From: Nostoc sp. PCC 7120 = FACHB-418
GTDB lineage: Bacteria; Cyanobacteriota; Cyanobacteriia; Cyanobacteriales; Nostocaceae
NCBI RefSeq assembly: GCF_000009705.1
Contig: NC_003272.1
Span: 3,060,001-3,092,000, forward strand
Length of the DNA: 32,000 bases
Direction of reading: 5' to 3'
Part shown: positions 18,906 to 27,258 of the stretch, piece after piece
Layout: every line of letters begins with the position of its first letter
Position numbering within the stretch: position 1 is the stretch's first letter
The notes under the pieces: model-generated
The model's input: the letters and a program-made list of their open reading frames with translations, nothing else
Told to the model about the DNA's origin: nothing
Database searches by the model: none
Made by a program: the position numbers and the translations under genes

Positions 18906-19817
18906 ATGAAGTTTTTCTTCCCCCAAACAGCCCCACTAATTAACTGGGAACGTCCCTATGAATTTCTCGACAAGGAATTTCAACAAATAGCCAGGGAAGC
19001 GGAACAGGGTAGAAGATACGCCGATAAATTAGTCAAAGTTTGGCAACTTCAAGGAGAGGAAGTTTGGTTATTGATTCATGTAGAAATCCAAGCCAAACCA
19101 GAAGATGACTTTGCCGAAAGGATGTTTTCTTATAACCTGCGAATCTTTGACAAATTTGGTCAACCCGCCATCAGTCTAGCAATTTTGTGTGATGCTGACT
19201 CAACTTGGCGACCAAATCAATACAGTTACAATTATCCTGACTGTAGTTTGGACTTTCGATTTGGTAGTGTCAAGCTACTCGATTATCAAAATCGATGGGC
19301 AGAATTAGAAGCTAGCGATAATCCTTTTGCTACGGTGTTAATGGCACATTTAAAGACACAGCAAACCACTAAGCAACCAGGAGAACGCAAAGCATGGAAA
19401 TTTAGCTTAATTCGGCGACTGTACGCACAAGGACTACAAGAAAGGGATATTCGTAACCTTTATCGTTTTATTGATTGGGTTATGATTTTACCAAAAGCGT
19501 TAGAAGCAGAATTTTGGCAAGAGTTTAAACAATTTGAGCAGGAGCGTACCATGAGTTACATTACCACAGGTGAGCGCATTGGCTACGAGCGTGGCAAAGA
19601 AGAAGGGCAACTAAAACAAGCGCAAGCACTTGTACTACGGTTACTGCAAAAACGGGTGGGAGATTTACCCGCAGAAGTTCGGGAACAGATTCAAAGTCTT
19701 TCTCTAGAACAGTTGGCAACACTGGGTGAGGCTTTATTAGATTTTAGTGCGATCTCTGACTTATTCAACTGGCTAGACGCAAATCACGCTAATGATAATC
19801 ATGGTGTACAAGCTTGA
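18906..19817 (+). CDS. Rpn/YhgA-like PD-(D/E)XK family protein with a DUF4351-like C-terminus; possibly 5'-truncated by an in-frame stop
   Basis: E-x-Q nuclease-type motif (LLIHVEIQAK). The C-terminal module is LRLLQKRVGDLPAEVREQIQSLSLEQLATLGEALLDF. An upstream in-frame ATG at 18831 is separated from this ORF only by a TAA at 18876-18878. Confidence 0.75.
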   Translation: MKFFFPQTAPLINWERPYEFLDKEFQQIAREAEQGRRYADKLVKVWQLQGEEVWLLIHVEIQAKPEDDFAERMFSYNLRIFDKFGQPAISLAILCDADSTWRPNQYSYNYPDCSLDFRFGSVKLLDYQNRWAELEASDNPFATVLMAHLKTQQTTKQPGERKAWKFSLIRRLYAQGLQERDIRNLYRFIDWVMILPKALEAEFWQEFKQFEQERTMSYITTGERIGYERGKEEGQLKQAQALVLRLLQKRVGDLPAEVREQIQSLSLEQLATLGEALLDFSAISDLFNWLDANHANDNHGVQA

Positions 19818-19910
19818 AGATAAAGGATTTAGTAGGCGATCGCTAACACTAAGCTTCCCTCTAACGCATATTTGCTGCTAAAATCCTCCAAAGGTTTAGG
19901 CAGACTTTTC

Positions 19911-20747
19911 ATGCGCCGAGATTCGATATTTTATAAGCTGTTTCAACAATCACCAAGTTTATTATTTCAACTATTGACAAACCCGCCAGAAAATGCAGAT
20001 GAATATAAATTTGATTCTGTAGCAGTCAAAGAACCTAAATTTGAAATTGATGGTGTATTTTTGCCGCCCGAAAGCGCAAATCCGGGTACAGTTTATTTCT
20101 GTGAGGTGCAGTTCCAGGAAGATAAAAGGCTTTACGAACGATTATTTGCGGAATCTCACTTATATTTTTATCGTAACCGGAATAGATTTAATGACCTACA
20201 TATAGTCATTATCTACCCATCCCGCAGCATCGAACAAGATGAAGTTCGTCCTTTTCGGAGTCTGTTGAATGGAGACCAGGTAAATCGCATATATTTAGAT
20301 GAGTTGGGTGATATTCGTTCTTTACCTGTGTGGGTTGCATTGATGGTTTTAACTACCCTGGAAGAAAATCGTGCAACCGAAGAAGCTAGGTATTTGCTAG
20401 CTAGGAGTCAGCAGGAAGTACCTCAAGGTGAAAATCGTGCCATCATAGATTTATTAACAACGATTATGGTGTACAAGTTTGAAGGCAAGAGTCAACGTGA
20501 GGTAGAAGAGATGTTAGGAATTACACTGCAAGAAACGCGGGTTTATAGAGAAATTAGGGAAGTAGAAGCGCGATCGCTGATTTTGCGTCAATTAAATCGT
20601 CGTGTAGGGGAGTTACCGCAGGAAGTGCGATCGCGTATCGAATCCCTTCCCTTAGAACAATTGGAAAATCTCGGTGAAGCGTTGCTTGATTTTACCAGCA
20701 TGGCTGATTTAGATGCTTGGTTGTCGGGGTTGGATGCTAATTCTTAA
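19911..20747 (+). CDS. Rpn-like/DUF2887-type PD-(D/E)XK protein with a DUF4351-like C-terminus
   Basis: ATG at 19911 (MRRDSIFYKLFQQSP). Motifs IDGVF...VYFCEVQFQ. The C-terminus LRQLNRRVGELPQEVRSRIESLPLEQLENLGEALLDF is paralogous to the preceding gene. Confidence 0.8.
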   Translation: MRRDSIFYKLFQQSPSLLFQLLTNPPENADEYKFDSVAVKEPKFEIDGVFLPPESANPGTVYFCEVQFQEDKRLYERLFAESHLYFYRNRNRFNDLHIVIIYPSRSIEQDEVRPFRSLLNGDQVNRIYLDELGDIRSLPVWVALMVLTTLEENRATEEARYLLARSQQEVPQGENRAIIDLLTTIMVYKFEGKSQREVEEMLGITLQETRVYREIREVEARSLILRQLNRRVGELPQEVRSRIESLPLEQLENLGEALLDFTSMADLDAWLSGLDANS

Positions 20748-20749
20748 GC

Positions 20750-20869
20750 AGCGATCGCGGTTATCAAACATTAATTAATGAGGCATTGTCAGAATATATT
20801 CGCAATCACGATTTGAAAGAGGATTTGCGTCATATTTTCCGAGAAGAATTAGAGCGATTAAAGCAGTAG
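20750..20869 (+). pseudogene. Remnant of a BrnA-type (ribbon-helix-helix) antitoxin C-terminus
   Basis: A frame with no start codon reads ...SSDRGYQTLINEALSEYIRNHDLKEDLRHIFREELERLKQ*. The GYQTLINEAL..YI string is the characteristic C-terminal motif of BrnA-family antitoxins. No partner toxin gene is present. Confidence 0.5.
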
Positions 20870-20913
20870 TTTTTCATCGTTAAACCTTGTAGATTGATTT
20901 TCTGTGTCGGTTT

Positions 20914-20948
20914 TGTTGGGTTGCACTACGTTTCACCCAACCTACAAG
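20914..20948. repeat. Dispersed cyanobacterial hairpin repeat (GTAGGTTGGGTGAAACGTAGTGCAACCCAACA type)
   Basis: Stem GTTGGGT / ACCCAAC at 20915-20921 and 20935-20941. It overlaps the last codons and stop of the chimeric ORF. A related GTAGGTTGGGG...CCCCACC hairpin lies at about 1786-1822. Confidence 0.6.
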
Positions 20949-22737
20949 ATATGCGATCGCACTGGTTTTTTTGAGAATTGATAAGGTACTTTTCGAGATC
21001 ATCCAGGATCGCATTAATCGCGAAAATATCGGGTTCATGCCAATGTTCACCGACAAAATAGACCTGATTGCGTTGAACAGCATTTAGCTGTTGCCATAGG
21101 GGTCTACGCTGAAGCTTATCTAAGGTTGTCTTGGCTCGATTTCCCCAAAGCGTAAAAAAGAGAACATCGCCATCAATATCAGATAACATCTCTTCCGAAA
21201 TATTTTCTAGGTAAAACAAATCTCCCATTTGCGATCGCGGACGTTGCAGACCAATTTCTTCCAGAATCGTCCCTGAATAATGCTTTTGCCCATACCCCCA
21301 GAATATACCTTCTCCAGTGGCTACGACAGAAACCGTAAGGGTATGGCGACGATCACCCAGTGCTTGCTTGAGTTGTTCAATCCGTTGCGAAGAGCGATCA
21401 ATAAGCTGCTGACTCACTGTTTCTTTGCCTAAAATCTGAGCAAGTTCTTGTAGTTCATACTTCCAACCAATGGGAGGAAAAGGAGTTTGGATATTATTAG
21501 AATGTTCGTAGCCCGCAATCAAGCGATAAAGTACAGTCTTATCTGCGGTGAGAGGGCCTGATAGATCGATGCTAGGCTGATAGTATCCGTAATTTCCTGC
21601 CTCAAACGCAATTTGGTAATAGGGTTCACCCAGAGGTTGCTTCGTAATGGTGTTAATTACTCCACCAGGTTCCACACCTCCGAATAGAACTGAAGCGGGT
21701 CCTTTGAGAACTTCCACTTGCTCGATCGTTCCGATGGGAACAATGTCAATATAATCCGCATCAGGAACCCCGTTGCGTAAGTTTTCGGTGCCTCCCACTG
21801 CAAATCCTTGAGTGAATCCTCGAATAGTCTTAATTCCTGAAGGCGCACCATAAATGGTTCCACCGTCAACAACACCACTGACTGTTTGCACTGCCTCATT
21901 CACGCTTCTGACCTTGCGATCGCGCAATACTTCCTGGGGTACAACCTGAATCGATTGGGGAATATCCCGCAATGGCGTATCCGTCCGCGTCGCTGTACTT
22001 GCATTCGGTACGCCATAACTATCTGCTTCCCCCGTCACCACCAACTCAATTGGGTCATCCTGCTGCGCTGCGGGTTGTTCTTCCGGTTTCTCTTCTGCTG
22101 GTTTTTCTTCGGTTGGTGTTTCCGGGGTTTGTGCAGATATGGCTTTCGATGCAACTGCAAAAATCAACCCCGTATCATCATCAAATAACTCAACCGCAGG
22201 TAAGGCTTTCTCTCCAACCACCGTTACCCGCACGGTATTCACATCAATATTTGTAGCTGTAATTTCGGTAATTCCCTCGATGGGCTTTTCTGACTTAAAC
22301 GTGAAAGCATCCCCATTGGGTAAACGTAATTGCCCACCAGCCACATCAACGATAAAATTATTCCCCGTACTGCGGTTAGCAACTTGCAGTTTATCTCCTG
22401 CGGTTGTCTCTAAAATTACCTCCACACCTTTATCTGTGGGATTGGCTTTGACTCCCGTAATTGCGACACTCCCCTGTTGCTCATCTTGGGAAGGGGGGTT
22501 GGTGTTAATGGGTGCGGGTTGCTGTACTAATAATTTTGCGCTAGTTGCAGGAAGTTCTATTTCGCTGAGTTGGGGAATTGGCAACCCTTTATCTTCCACT
22601 TTTGTTGTAGGGGGAGAAGTGGGAAGGCGAGATTTTCCCTGCGCCCATCCTGGCTGGATTACCAAAGCACTCAAACATCCTGATAAAATTACTAATAGTC
22701 TGAAATTACAATTAGTAGAAAATTGCCAAAATTTCAT
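20926..22737 (-). pseudogene. Chimeric ORF: TonB-dependent receptor N-terminus fused in frame to the C-lobe of a siderophore-binding protein
   Basis: The first ~420 aa are a signal peptide, an AMIN-like domain, a Pro/Glu linker, a plug (DTPLRDIPQSIQVVPQEVL...) and the first barrel strands. The last ~180 aa align to the C-terminal half of the binding protein at 28246-29232 (LGDRRHTLTVSVV.., EEIGLQRP, RPLWQQLNAVQRNQVYFV, ILDDLEKYL). The junction is at about 21465-21505. Confidence 0.65.
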
Positions 22738-22896
22738 ATTTTATCCTCAAAATAGCTCCTCACACGCCAACTTCCACTCTCTGTCATCACAGAAAGCCCA
22801 AGAATTCAAGCTTATTGCAAATAATTACTAAATATTTGTAAAAGTGAGTATACAAAATAGCCAGGAAAAAAATCTATCTATATTTCGTCACCACTA

Positions 22897-23886
22897 TCAA
22901 GATACGGACTTTTTCCCCATTAAACATTCTTTGGGACGGATACCATACTGCCGCTTAAACACGCTGGCGAATAAACTTAAATGAGAATAACCCACAATAT
23001 TCGCCACTTCTGCGACAGTAAGCTTTCCTTCCCGCAAAAGTTTTTCGGCTTGTTCCATCCGCATAACAGTTAGGTAACTAAATACAGTCGTACCAAACAG
23101 TTCCCGGAAACCACGTCGAAGGGTGCGATCGCTGACTCCAACTATTTGTGCTAACTCTAATGATGATGGTGGATTGTCCATCCGCGATCGCAAAACTTCC
23201 CTAGCCTGATGAATTCGCGCAATCGTATCTGGTCTCAGTGATGGTGTTTGCTTTTTCTCTTCATTCTCCAAAAGGGGAGCTAACTGCAAGGCGATTAACT
23301 CAAATATTTTCCCCTGCAAATATATTTGTTTTGTCACCCCATGAAAGGGACAATTGATAATTTGTTGCGCTACTCCATATATTGTTGGGGTACTTTGGGG
23401 ATAAAATACTGGATGTAAATCATCATCCTTAAATAATTTCCGCAGTTGTGGTATCAAGTCTCCATCTTTTCCTGGAAACAAATTTGCTAGGAGTTGACGG
23501 GATACCCCAATGGTCAACCCCACAAGGCGTTGATTTTTTTGGATTTGAGCAACAGTTTTCTGTTGAATCCCACCACCACAAACCAAAGTATAACTTTCTC
23601 CACATTGACCGCGTTCAGTCACAATTTTTCCTGAAAGCAAAACATCAAAATGTAGATCATGTTGACCTTCAGGAGATGTTATAAATACATCATCGTTATA
23701 TTCCAAATCAGTAAAGTCCAGCCAGATATCGGAATGCAAATCCATTTCTTGACGATAACCTTCACCCAATTTCCGTGGTACTTTCCATAAAAATTCAGTC
23801 AACTTCGACCCAGAATCAAATTCGTTTGTGTGTATAGGCTCACCAAGAAGTTCATTCCATTCGTCATGGGTTAGAGTGACTGTCAT
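22897..23886 (-). CDS. AraC family transcriptional regulator (PchR-like), paralog of 17739-18758
   Basis: I chose the ATG at 23886 (MTVTLTHDEW); the ORF track starts at a TTG at 23913. The C-terminal HTH pair is LELAQIVGVSDRTLRRGFRELFG...VAEVANIVGYSHLSLFASVFKRQYGIRP. Confidence 0.9.
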   Translation of the reverse strand: MTVTLTHDEWNELLGEPIHTNEFDSGSKLTEFLWKVPRKLGEGYRQEMDLHSDIWLDFTDLEYNDDVFITSPEGQHDLHFDVLLSGKIVTERGQCGESYTLVCGGGIQQKTVAQIQKNQRLVGLTIGVSRQLLANLFPGKDGDLIPQLRKLFKDDDLHPVFYPQSTPTIYGVAQQIINCPFHGVTKQIYLQGKIFELIALQLAPLLENEEKKQTPSLRPDTIARIHQAREVLRSRMDNPPSSLELAQIVGVSDRTLRRGFRELFGTTVFSYLTVMRMEQAEKLLREGKLTVAEVANIVGYSHLSLFASVFKRQYGIRPKECLMGKKSVS

Positions 23887-23911
23887 AGCTGGTTTTAAGT
23901 TGACATTATGC

Positions 23912-23928
23912 AAATAATGATATTATTT
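23912..23928. promoter_or_regulatory. Fur-box-like AT palindrome AAATAAT-gat-ATTATTT
   Basis: Perfect 7-3-7 inverted repeat about 26 nt upstream of the AraC ATG (minus strand). It resembles the GATAAT-hexamer architecture of Fur operators. Confidence 0.35.
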
Positions 23929-24318
23929 CTCAATAAAGAAGAAAAGAGCGATCGCAGCATTTTTCCAGACTGATTTGCTTGTAGTAAGGGCTTTAGCCCT
24001 GGATTTATGCAACTTAAATGCTGATTAGCTTATTCCCTGAGAGAAAAGAGACAGTGCTGGGACTAGGCGGTTAAGAACCCTCTAATGTCAAAGATTGGTC
24101 ATAATTGAAGAGAGCCAAATTTTACAAGGGTTGCTGAATTTGGGAAATTAATATAACTCAGAGAAATAGGTGCGTGGAATTTCTCCCTGGGGTAAAAGAA
24201 GAAGCCGGAAAGCCGAGTAGATTTTATCCCAGTCCCTCATCCCTCCCGCTTGGGATCAAAAATCTCCGTCTGTGAGTAGACTTCTATATCGGAAATTACG
24301 TACACTCTTTCTCAAGAT

Positions 24319-24338
24319 ATTTGCAAATTAATTGCAAT
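24319..24338. promoter_or_regulatory. Perfect 10-bp palindrome ATTTGCAAAT followed by ATTGCAAT, upstream of the receptor gene
   Basis: It lies about 35-50 nt upstream of the ATG at 24371. Related ATTGCAAAT sites occur at 17622-17630 and 22814-22822, in the other two iron-gene promoters. Confidence 0.4.
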
Positions 24339-24370
24339 ATAAAGTTCGGATAGTGAGAAGAGTGAGCGGT

Positions 24371-26995
24371 ATGAAGTCTTGGCAACAGAAGGAAATCATT
24401 TCAGCAAGTCTTGTGTTTTCGTGCATATCATTGCTAGTGCAACCAGCCGTTGCTGAAACTCGATCGCATCATGATATTAGCAGCACCCAGCTGATGGCGC
24501 AACAATCAGCAGTCAAAGTTACAGGTGTGAAAGTCAACTCTACAGATAAAGGGATTGAAGTTCTCTTACAAACTCCCCAAGCAGAAGCATTGCAACCTGT
24601 AACTAAAACTGAAGCCAATAGTTATATTGCAGATATTCCCAATACAGTGTTAGAACTCCCAGAGGGTAAAGATTTCAGCGTGAATAATCCTGTGGCTGGG
24701 ATTGTGTCTGTAAATGTGACTCAAGCTGATGCTAATACTATCCGAGTGACGGTAACGGGAGAGTCACAAGTCCCAACCGTGGAATTATTTGATAGTGATG
24801 AAAGTCTGATTTTTAGCTTCACACCTGTTGTTTCAACGACACAAACACCAACACAACCAGAACAGCCAACTAGTGAAGAAACACCAGATGCAACAACATC
24901 TGAAAGCGACTCATCAATTGAACTGGTCGTGACAGCAACGCGTACAGAAGAAGATATCCAAAATGTACCGCGTTCTGTAACTGTGATTACTCGTGAGCAG
25001 ATTGAGGATCAAGCAAGGTTAAGCACTAACTTAGCTGACATTCTGGCAAAAACTGTTCCTGGCTTTGGTTCACCAATTAGTCGGACTGATACATTCGGGC
25101 AAAATTTACGGGGTCGCAACATCTCAGTTTTAATTGACGGAGTTCCCCAAAATGGTAATTTACAATCATTTTCTGCACAATTGACCACTATTGATCCCAG
25201 TGCAATTGAACGGATTGAAGTTGTGCGTGGCCCGAATGCGATCTATGGTGGTCAAGCAACTGGTGGTGTAGTCAATATTATTACTAAGAGGCCAAGCGGT
25301 CAAAAACTAACTTCCACAACAAATATTGGTTTGGATACCTCCTTAACTCGTTCCGAAGATAGTTTTGGTTATAACCTTTCCCATCAAATTGCGGGGACAG
25401 AAGGCAAATTTGATTATACTGTGGGTTTTTCGCTGGTGACAACTGCGGGTTTTTATGATGCAGAAGGCGATCGCATTGCTAATTTTGCAGGTGATGATGA
25501 TAGCACCAAAATCAACGCCTTGGCTAAAATAGGAGTTGAATTATCGCCAGAACAACGTCTGCAATTCACTTTCAATCACTTTAATCAGCAACAAAATAGT
25601 GATTTTATTTCCGACCCGGCCGTTGATGATATTCCTGGTATTCAAAAATCTCGCGCCTTGAAGCTACCGGAAGGAACAACTGTGATTGGTGCTGATCAAG
25701 GGATTTCTATCACAAATACTTTACTGAGCTTAAATTACAATAACGACAATATTTTCGGTAGCAAACTTCAGGCTCAAGCTTACTATCGTAACTATAATTT
25801 TGCTGGGGGAATTCCTGATGATAACCGGGGTGGTAGCTTAAGAGCGATTACCGATTCAGAAGGGGGTACAGAACAATTAGGCGGAAGATTGCAAGTTGAG
25901 ACACCCTTCAACTCTCAAAAAACAGTGAGTTTACTTTGGGGTGTGGACTATCAAAATGAGCGTAGTTCTCAAAAATTTAATATTTTCGATCCTGGGGAAT
26001 TTGACGCATCAGGGGGTCGAATCTTTCGCAAGATTGAAGAGCGAGTTTTTGTTCCCGAATATGACTTTAGAGAACTGGGTGTATTTGGTCAATTGCAATG
26101 GGAAGTTAGTGATAACCTGCGTTTAAGTGGTGGCTTGCGTTATGTGAATATAGGTGTGAGTTTAGACGACTACATCACCGCCGATTTTCCCCGTCGGAAT
26201 ATGCAAGGGGGCGATCGCAGTCTTGATTCTACAGTATTTAATGCAGGTATTGTCTATAAATTTACCCCAGAAGTTAGTGTATTTGCCAGCTTTTCTCAAG
26301 GCTTCTCAGTTCCCGATTTAGGTCGTGTCTTCCGACGACCCCCAGCAGGTGTAGTCAATATTTTAAACTCTCTGCAACTGACAGAACCACAGAAAGTAGA
26401 CAACTATGAAATCGGCATTCGCGGTCAATGGGATAATGTCCAAGCATCCTTGTCTGGTTTCTACAACTATTCTGATCTAGGTTCGGCTTTTAACTTTAAC
26501 CGTAGCACTGATTTTCTAGAGACTGTTCGCGCTCCTCAAAAAGTTTACGGTATAGAGGCTGCGGTTGATGTCCAACCTACTGAGGGTTGGAGAGTGGGGG
26601 GTACGGCGACTTGGATAGAAGGTGAAAATGATGCAAATAATGATGGTCAATATCTAGCACTCAACAGTATTACAGTCCCACCATTGAAGTTGACCGCTTA
26701 TGTAGAAAACCAAACCCTCAAAGGTTGGCGGAACAGATTACAATTACTTTACTCAGGCGATCGTGATCGGGCTTTTGAAGATGGTGTAGAAGATGGTAAA
26801 ATCAGCAGCTTCGTCACCGTAGACTACATCAGCAGCATCAAAATAGGTCAAGGGGAACTACAAATAGGCATTCAAAACCTCTTCAATAACCAATATTTCC
26901 CAGTTTACTCACAATACTTTGCACCTTTCTTTGATAGTGCTAACTACGCAGGTCAAGGTAGAACCTTAAGCGTTGGGTATCGGATTATTTGGTAA
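24371..26995 (+). CDS. TonB-dependent siderophore receptor with an N-terminal AMIN-like domain
   Basis: ATG at 24371 gives a signal peptide (MKSWQQKEIISASLVFSCISLLVQPAVA). It is followed by an AMIN-like domain, a Thr/Pro/Glu linker, a plug (IELVVTATRTEEDIQNVPRSVTVITREQIE), a long beta-barrel and a C-terminal ...GYRIIW. Confidence 0.92.
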   Translation: MKSWQQKEIISASLVFSCISLLVQPAVAETRSHHDISSTQLMAQQSAVKVTGVKVNSTDKGIEVLLQTPQAEALQPVTKTEANSYIADIPNTVLELPEGKDFSVNNPVAGIVSVNVTQADANTIRVTVTGESQVPTVELFDSDESLIFSFTPVVSTTQTPTQPEQPTSEETPDATTSESDSSIELVVTATRTEEDIQNVPRSVTVITREQIEDQARLSTNLADILAKTVPGFGSPISRTDTFGQNLRGRNISVLIDGVPQNGNLQSFSAQLTTIDPSAIERIEVVRGPNAIYGGQATGGVVNIITKRPSGQKLTSTTNIGLDTSLTRSEDSFGYNLSHQIAGTEGKFDYTVGFSLVTTAGFYDAEGDRIANFAGDDDSTKINALAKIGVELSPEQRLQFTFNHFNQQQNSDFISDPAVDDIPGIQKSRALKLPEGTTVIGADQGISITNTLLSLNYNNDNIFGSKLQAQAYYRNYNFAGGIPDDNRGGSLRAITDSEGGTEQLGGRLQVETPFNSQKTVSLLWGVDYQNERSSQKFNIFDPGEFDASGGRIFRKIEERVFVPEYDFRELGVFGQLQWEVSDNLRLSGGLRYVNIGVSLDDYITADFPRRNMQGGDRSLDSTVFNAGIVYKFTPEVSVFASFSQGFSVPDLGRVFRRPPAGVVNILNSLQLTEPQKVDNYEIGIRGQWDNVQASLSGFYNYSDLGSAFNFNRSTDFLETVRAPQKVYGIEAAVDVQPTEGWRVGGTATWIEGENDANNDGQYLALNSITVPPLKLTAYVENQTLKGWRNRLQLLYSGDRDRAFEDGVEDGKISSFVTVDYISSIKIGQGELQIGIQNLFNNQYFPVYSQYFAPFFDSANYAGQGRTLSVGYRIIW

Positions 26996-27073
26996 ATTTT
27001 AGGAAGAAAAACAGAGATAAAGAGGTCGCTGTATCAGTTTCTTAGCAGCAATAAAAAGATAAATAATTTAGTT

Positions 27074-27110
27074 ACGTGGGTGTTCGAGTCAGAACACCCA
27101 TGTAATTTTC
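27074..27110 (+). terminator. Rho-independent terminator after the receptor gene
   Basis: ACGTGGGTGTTC-gagtca-GAACACCCATGT forms a 12-bp stem with one G-U pair. AATTTTCT follows it. Confidence 0.6.
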
Positions 27111-27201
27111 TCAAATATGTCACCTGTAACGCCATTGTTGAATATCCAGAGTCAGCTAAGATACCTTAAACTTGTACCCAAACAAACATAAATCATATTT
27201 A

Positions 27202-27225
27202 ATTATTGATAATAATTGTAATTAG
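27202..27225. promoter_or_regulatory. Fur-box-like hexamer array (ATTATTGATAATAATTGTAATTAG)
   Basis: Contains GATAAT and related NATWAT hexamers. It ends about 35 nt upstream of the ATG at 27259. Confidence 0.35.
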
Positions 27226-27258
27226 CTGAAATGACTAACTCTGATTTTGTGGTTTATT

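Noticed and set aside
18906-20747. Calling the Rpn-like 'putative transposase' genes an insertion sequence
   Set aside because: I saw no terminal inverted repeats or target-site duplications flanking either gene. The two genes are divergent paralogs rather than one mobile unit.
22139-22831. 230-aa plus-strand ORF, and other ORFs at 21886-22256, antisense to the chimeric receptor gene
   Set aside because: These are shadow ORFs opposite a gene with clear AMIN and plug homology. Their composition is low-complexity Ser/Thr/Val with no recognisable motifs.
24040-24300. Possible cobalamin or other riboswitch in the long 5' region of the TonB-dependent receptor gene
   Set aside because: The segment has GGTGCGTGGAA and AGCCGGAAAGCCGAG strings. 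I could not find a B12 box or the conserved GGUGAAAAUCC / GCCACUG cores. The genomic context (AraC regulators, fecBCDE) points to siderophore uptake rather than cobalamin. An Rfam/Infernal scan would settle this.
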